Origin: Perna viridis
Lineage: Eukaryota
DNA: 64,000 bases
Assembly (NCBI GenBank): GCA_037379345.1
Contig: CM074511.1
Coordinates: 26,542,862 to 26,606,861, forward strand
Direction of reading: 5' to 3'
Position 1 is the first letter of the stretch; each line of letters opens with the position of its first letter. This document shows positions 61,101 through 64,000 of the stretch, piece after piece. The notes beneath the pieces are model-generated. The model was given only the letters and a program-made list of their open reading frames with translations. It did not search any database and was not told the origin of the DNA. The translations under genes were made by a program, and so were the position numbers.

Positions 61101-63818
61101 TGTGGGCTATTGCTCAGGTTTCAAGGAATGCTACATGGAATGGTGCAGCTGGAATAATCAGAGTCGATTCATTTATACCTAATGAACACATGGTTGTTAT
61201 TGAGCATGATGTATCAGCTGGAATATTACAGTCCCAAAAGTAAGAATAACTTTTTTTAAATGTATATATTAGAGTTCATAGAATTGAGTTATTTGTTTAT
61301 ACGTTGTACCAGTGTCGGGTCCTATTCTTCAATGAACATTTTAGCTAACCCACTGGAAAGACTTATTGTCATATTTGTGTGGAAAAAAAAAGATTTAAGA
61401 GCTGTGGCAACTTTTACGCGTCAAATGGCGTCACAAAGTAACGTTTGTTTGTTTTATTTGCAATTTAACGAAATTGGAACGTTTGTAGGTAGTTTTTTCG
61501 GCCTGGGTGTATTGGTCACATGCTCCACAAACTTATTAGCTTGTCAAACGTTGTCTAGATACAACAGTCTTTCATGGTTGATATATTAGAGTTGTCGAAT
61601 GGGAAATCAAGGAACCATGATACGACCGGTAATTAAATAAAAAGAACACACACACACACACACACACAACAAATAACATGAAATCTCCTGAAAAAACAAA
61701 TGTGATGAAATCAAGTGTTTATCGCTAATTTGGAAGAATAAACTTTTTTTTTGCTTCACGTTGAACAATGGTTTCCATGTTCTGCATAGGTGAACAACAA
61801 AAAAGGTATTGTAAGCAAGATGTGCAAGCATGTATGTGTATATCAAATACCCCTTTAACGAACATTTGCGATAAACCGTAAGCTTACAAAATTAACGAAA
61901 GCCATTTATGAACAGAATGATTTTAATCCTAGTGTTGTTAACACTCTAGAAATTTTCAGTCGTTAAAAATGGTGGTCAGTAAAATAATATTTGAAAAAGG
62001 ATTTTCATTAAAATTGATTACACATATTTTCAGAAATAAACTAAAATTTGCCTTGCAAGACTTATTCCCGTCAGAAAACAGAGTTGGGGTATGGAAAATT
62101 ATAGAAGATGACACAGTCATTGGAAGGCGCAAACTTCTAGCCACTGGGTAACTGAACTACCATATGCAATGATAAATAAATTTTGTTTAACTACAATTTA
62201 TATTTTAATTTGATTTCATTAAAATGAAATGAAAAAAGCAGTCAAAAATGGAACTTTCTAGGTATTTTAGAAGATATGGCATGTGTAAAATGGTTCTGAT
62301 CTAACGTGAGGATTACATAATCAGAAACTCTTATATATTATTATAATACACTCTTCATTTATGTAGAGTAGTATTTATTGCAAACAAAATATTCTAACTG
62401 ATGATCTTTAACAGACGCTTTATATTTTTTCAGGTCAAGAGCACTTGTATACGTTGTAAAAGATCGTTCTACGGATACGTTGAAAGGAATAGAAAAAGAT
62501 AAATCATTCCTTGCCAAAGAAGAGATCTTAAAAGTCTTGCAACAGTCAAAAGATGGCACACCAGCGCATCCTATGAATGGGAAAAAGTTTGATACTTTCC
62601 CTGTGACGTCTGTAAAACCATATTACGTTCCGGAAACTCCGGCCCCAGCTTGGCATGAAACTGATGTAGGGATAGCAGTATTGTTGTCAATTTTTCTTAG
62701 TTTGATTTTGCTGGCTATTATTTTGGGCTTGTATTTTTACTGTACACGACATGGGCCGGATAGGTATGTTAAGTCAGTAGGATGGCAAATGATAAAACAG
62801 GAGTTTAACTTCTATTATATCTGTAATTTCGTAACCGATACTGAAATGTTGTAATTTATTGCTGTAGTTGATCTGTTGATTATCATTTTTTTAAAGATTT
62901 CAAACAGGTGCATTCACGACATGTGGTATGGTAACTTAGGCATTCTGGTATTACAAGTCGAGAGGAAATGCAGAAATCAAAAGAATGTAATCCAGGGACA
63001 AAGACCATACTTAGAAAACAGACAAACACAACAAAGAAAAAAGTAACTAAAATAATACATATAAAGTAACAAAAGTAAAAGAGCAACTCGGACTCCACTA
63101 AAAATTGGGAGCCTGGACCAGGTGCACCGGTAGGGTAAGAGTCCTAAATATAAGCAGATGCATCAATTTATGCCTGCAACATATTTTAAGCAGTGTTTTT
63201 TTTATTATACCGACCTAGTATTTATACTAGTAATGAAATACATTCCCATTTCAGATCTCGAGAATCATCAAAGATTACTGTAAAATGTAAGTTCCTTTTT
63301 GACACTCACACTTTCACACATGATCAACACAGTAGTTCCGCTAAATATTATATAATTTTAAATATTTTTATTCATTATATTTATCTATACATTATTTCAA
63401 CTTTACCTGGTTACTAATGGCAGCTGCTAATATTCCTGTTACGCTATTTCAAGTTCCAGAGAACGATGACATCTATCCTGAGGATCAATATGATGTCATA
63501 GCCCCAAACTACCCTTATGTCCGACGCTCGCCAGCTTTCAAGCCATGGGATGCATCATGCAACTCAATCAATGGAAGTGATCCAGACTACCTCAGAAAGC
63601 AAGAAGGATGGGATAACTTGCTAGAAACTGGTGGTTATGGAATTTACAGTTTCAGAAAACCTACAGCCCCACCTCCCAGGCCTGAAGAGATAATTGATGT
63701 CAAGAAACACAAAATAAGACCATGGTTTTTCAAGTTCAAAGGGAATAAATCGGACTTAGATCATCCAGATAGATCACTGACATCTTATAAAACTAAAGTG
63801 GAAAGATTTGATGGCTAA
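49120..63818 (+). CDS. Giant non-classical cadherin-related protein B (~18 EC repeats, membrane-proximal domain, TM, tail), ~2215 aa, 15 coding exons
   Basis: Phase-consistent exons: 49120(or 49159)-49213 (signal peptide MVILVYGFLFVSGYFSLG), 49924-50180, 50592-50820, 51258-51448, 53487-53607, 54027-54245, 54577-54717, 55260-55420, 55956-56070, 56428-56673, 57207-61239, 62034-62147, 62434-62763 (TM), 63255-63286, 63454-63818; sum 6648 nt is divisible by 3. Confidence 0.88.
51942..53078 (+). mobile_element. 5'-truncated Penelope-like retroelement, copy 3 (intact RT C-terminal half)
   Basis: 265-aa ORF with GTPMGTKCAP and RYIDD ending ...KTDLFNGS*; complete 3' UTR. Confidence 0.9.
53100..53257. 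repeat. ~33-bp minisatellite (TGTGATATAGGGTATGCGATATAGGTCTAGAGG), ~4-5 copies
   Basis: Directly visible, starting ~20 bp after the end of retroelement copy 3. Confidence 0.75.
56784..57021 (-). mobile_element. Second locus of the tRNA-headed element, embedded in (TA)n
   Basis: Reverse complement of the 21872-onward head plus the 21507-21700 body; (TA)5 on one side and (TA)7 on the other. Confidence 0.85.
57207..61239 (+). CDS. Cadherin gene B giant exon (4033 bp, ~13 EC repeats)
   Basis: 1304-aa ORF collinear with the gene A giant exon; acceptor 57205-57206, donor 61240-61241. Confidence 0.95.
62970..63145 (-). mobile_element. Short 3'-UTR-only copy of the Penelope-like element
   Basis: Matches the 3' UTR starting at AGGACTCTTACCC. 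Confidence 0.8.
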
Positions 63819-63834
63819 TTTTCTTCCGTTTGTG

Positions 63835-63848
63835 AATAAAAGATTAAA
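63835..63848 (+). promoter_or_regulatory. Candidate polyadenylation signals of gene B
   Basis: AATAAA 63835-63840 and ATTAAA 63843-63848 just after the stop codon. Confidence 0.5.
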
Positions 63849-64000
63849 ATTTGAGTGATTATGGCCTACTTGCTCGCAGTAATTTTGTCTGTTTAAAAGC
63901 CCATGCTATACATAAACTTCTTTCATAGTCTAAATTCCCATATTTCATACACATTCTGCATAAGGTAGATCATACCTATTACACTGAACATTCTTTTCTA

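Noticed and set aside
15751-63818. Assigning FAT4/CDH23/DCHS gene symbols
   Set aside because: No EGF/LamG domains, and repeat numbers and tails do not match; orthology needs a phylogeny

Overview
AT-rich animal genomic DNA with GT-AG introns. The repeat landscape looks like a bivalve mollusc, which is inference only. Three protein-coding genes can be built by hand. (1) A BTB-BACK-Kelch gene with an intronless CDS (8012-9784, +) in a CpG-depleted domain. (2) and (3) Two paralogous giant non-classical cadherin-related genes arranged head-to-head: gene A on the minus strand (43376->15751, 20 coding exons, ~2431 aa, ~20 EC repeats) and gene B on the plus strand (49120->63818, 15 coding exons, ~2215 aa, ~18 EC repeats). 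The two genes share exon phases, a 4-kb exon, degenerate Ca2+-binding linkers every fourth EC repeat and a juxtamembrane R(R/K)LL motif, but their cytoplasmic tails are unrelated. Introns and intergenic DNA hold about eight copies or fragments of one Penelope-like RT retroelement. It has no C-terminal GIY-YIG domain and carries a conserved ~100-nt multibranch 3' RNA structure. A tRNA-headed 409-bp tandem-plus-inverted element is fused to one copy. Also present are five copies of a TTAA-target MITE, a 5-bp-TSD hAT-like MITE, Helentron/HINE-like, SINE and RTE remnants, a decayed acidic coding exon and minisatellites. Gene models and coordinates were derived by eye and need RNA-seq confirmation.
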